Source: Octopus sinensis
Taxonomy: Eukaryota
Reading direction: 5' to 3'
Length of the DNA stretch: 64,000 nucleotides
Assembly (NCBI RefSeq): GCF_006345805.1
Contig: NC_043022.1
Span: 7,750,001 to 7,814,000 of the forward strand
Shown: in pieces, positions 63,661 to 64,000 of the stretch
Position numbering within the stretch: the stretch's first letter is position 1
How the letters are laid out: each line of letters begins with the position of its first letter
The notes under the pieces: model-generated
The model's input: only the letters and a program-made list of their open reading frames with translations
The model's database searches: none
What the model was told of the DNA's origin: nothing
Translations under genes and position numbers: made by a program

Positions 63661-63848
63661 TGTCGCCATGACAGATCGTTAGCCACTACACACACTTTTT
63701 TCTCTCGTTTTTTCTGTATCCCTTTCTGTAGAAGAGTGCAGGCTCGAAACGTAAAAGATTTTTTCTATTCCTGAGCGTGATAATAATACATCCGTTTGTT
63801 TTGTACACCACCTGTCTTCGTCTTTTGTTTTTTTCGTAAACTCTCCCT
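63661..63848 (+). mobile_element. (TA)n-embedded HHR-like element (core CUGUAGA, 63722-63757)
   Basis: Family homology; (TA)n on both sides. Confidence 0.8.
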
Positions 63849-63850
63849 AT

Positions 63851-63881
<31 letters not shown>

Positions 63882-63949
63882 CATCACAATCAAGGAACGG
63901 CCATAATAGGCCATTCACCCATATATATGGCCGTTCCTTGATTGTGATG
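63882..63949. repeat. Perfect 24-bp inverted repeat with 20-nt spacer
   Basis: CATCACAATCAAGGAACGGCCATA ... TATGGCCGTTCCTTGATTGTGATG. Confidence 0.92.
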
Positions 63950-64000
63950 TTGAACTTAAAAATGGTCTATGACTATTTAATTTTTTCCACTAGGCCGCTG

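Overview
Repeat-dominated, AT-rich animal genomic DNA, probably coleoid cephalopod (Octopus). That assignment is inferred from four high-copy tRNA-derived SINE families resembling the octopus OK/OR-type SINEs and from the very high microsatellite density. No host protein-coding gene can be recognised, and almost all ORFs in the supplied track are translations of simple repeats. The only long real ORF (29617-30963, minus) is the 3' half of a young R4/Dong-clade non-LTR retrotransposon (end of RT, CCHC knuckle, PD-(D/E)xK endonuclease) sitting in (TAA)n. Other elements: further Dong-like 3' ends, RTE LINE fragments, mariner MITEs and a transposase relic, three non-autonomous Helitrons, several fold-back palindromes and a 100-N gap. 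The most striking unannotated signal is about 15 minimal type I hammerhead ribozyme (HHR) motifs in at least 6 short repeat families, of the kind known from Penelope-like elements. They include a tRNA-headed SINE-like element with an HHR tail, a family with a compensatory G3-C8 core swap, a (TA)n-embedded family with U at core position 6, and head-to-head palindromic copies. All folds were read by eye and not computed or tested, and boundaries are approximate unless stated.
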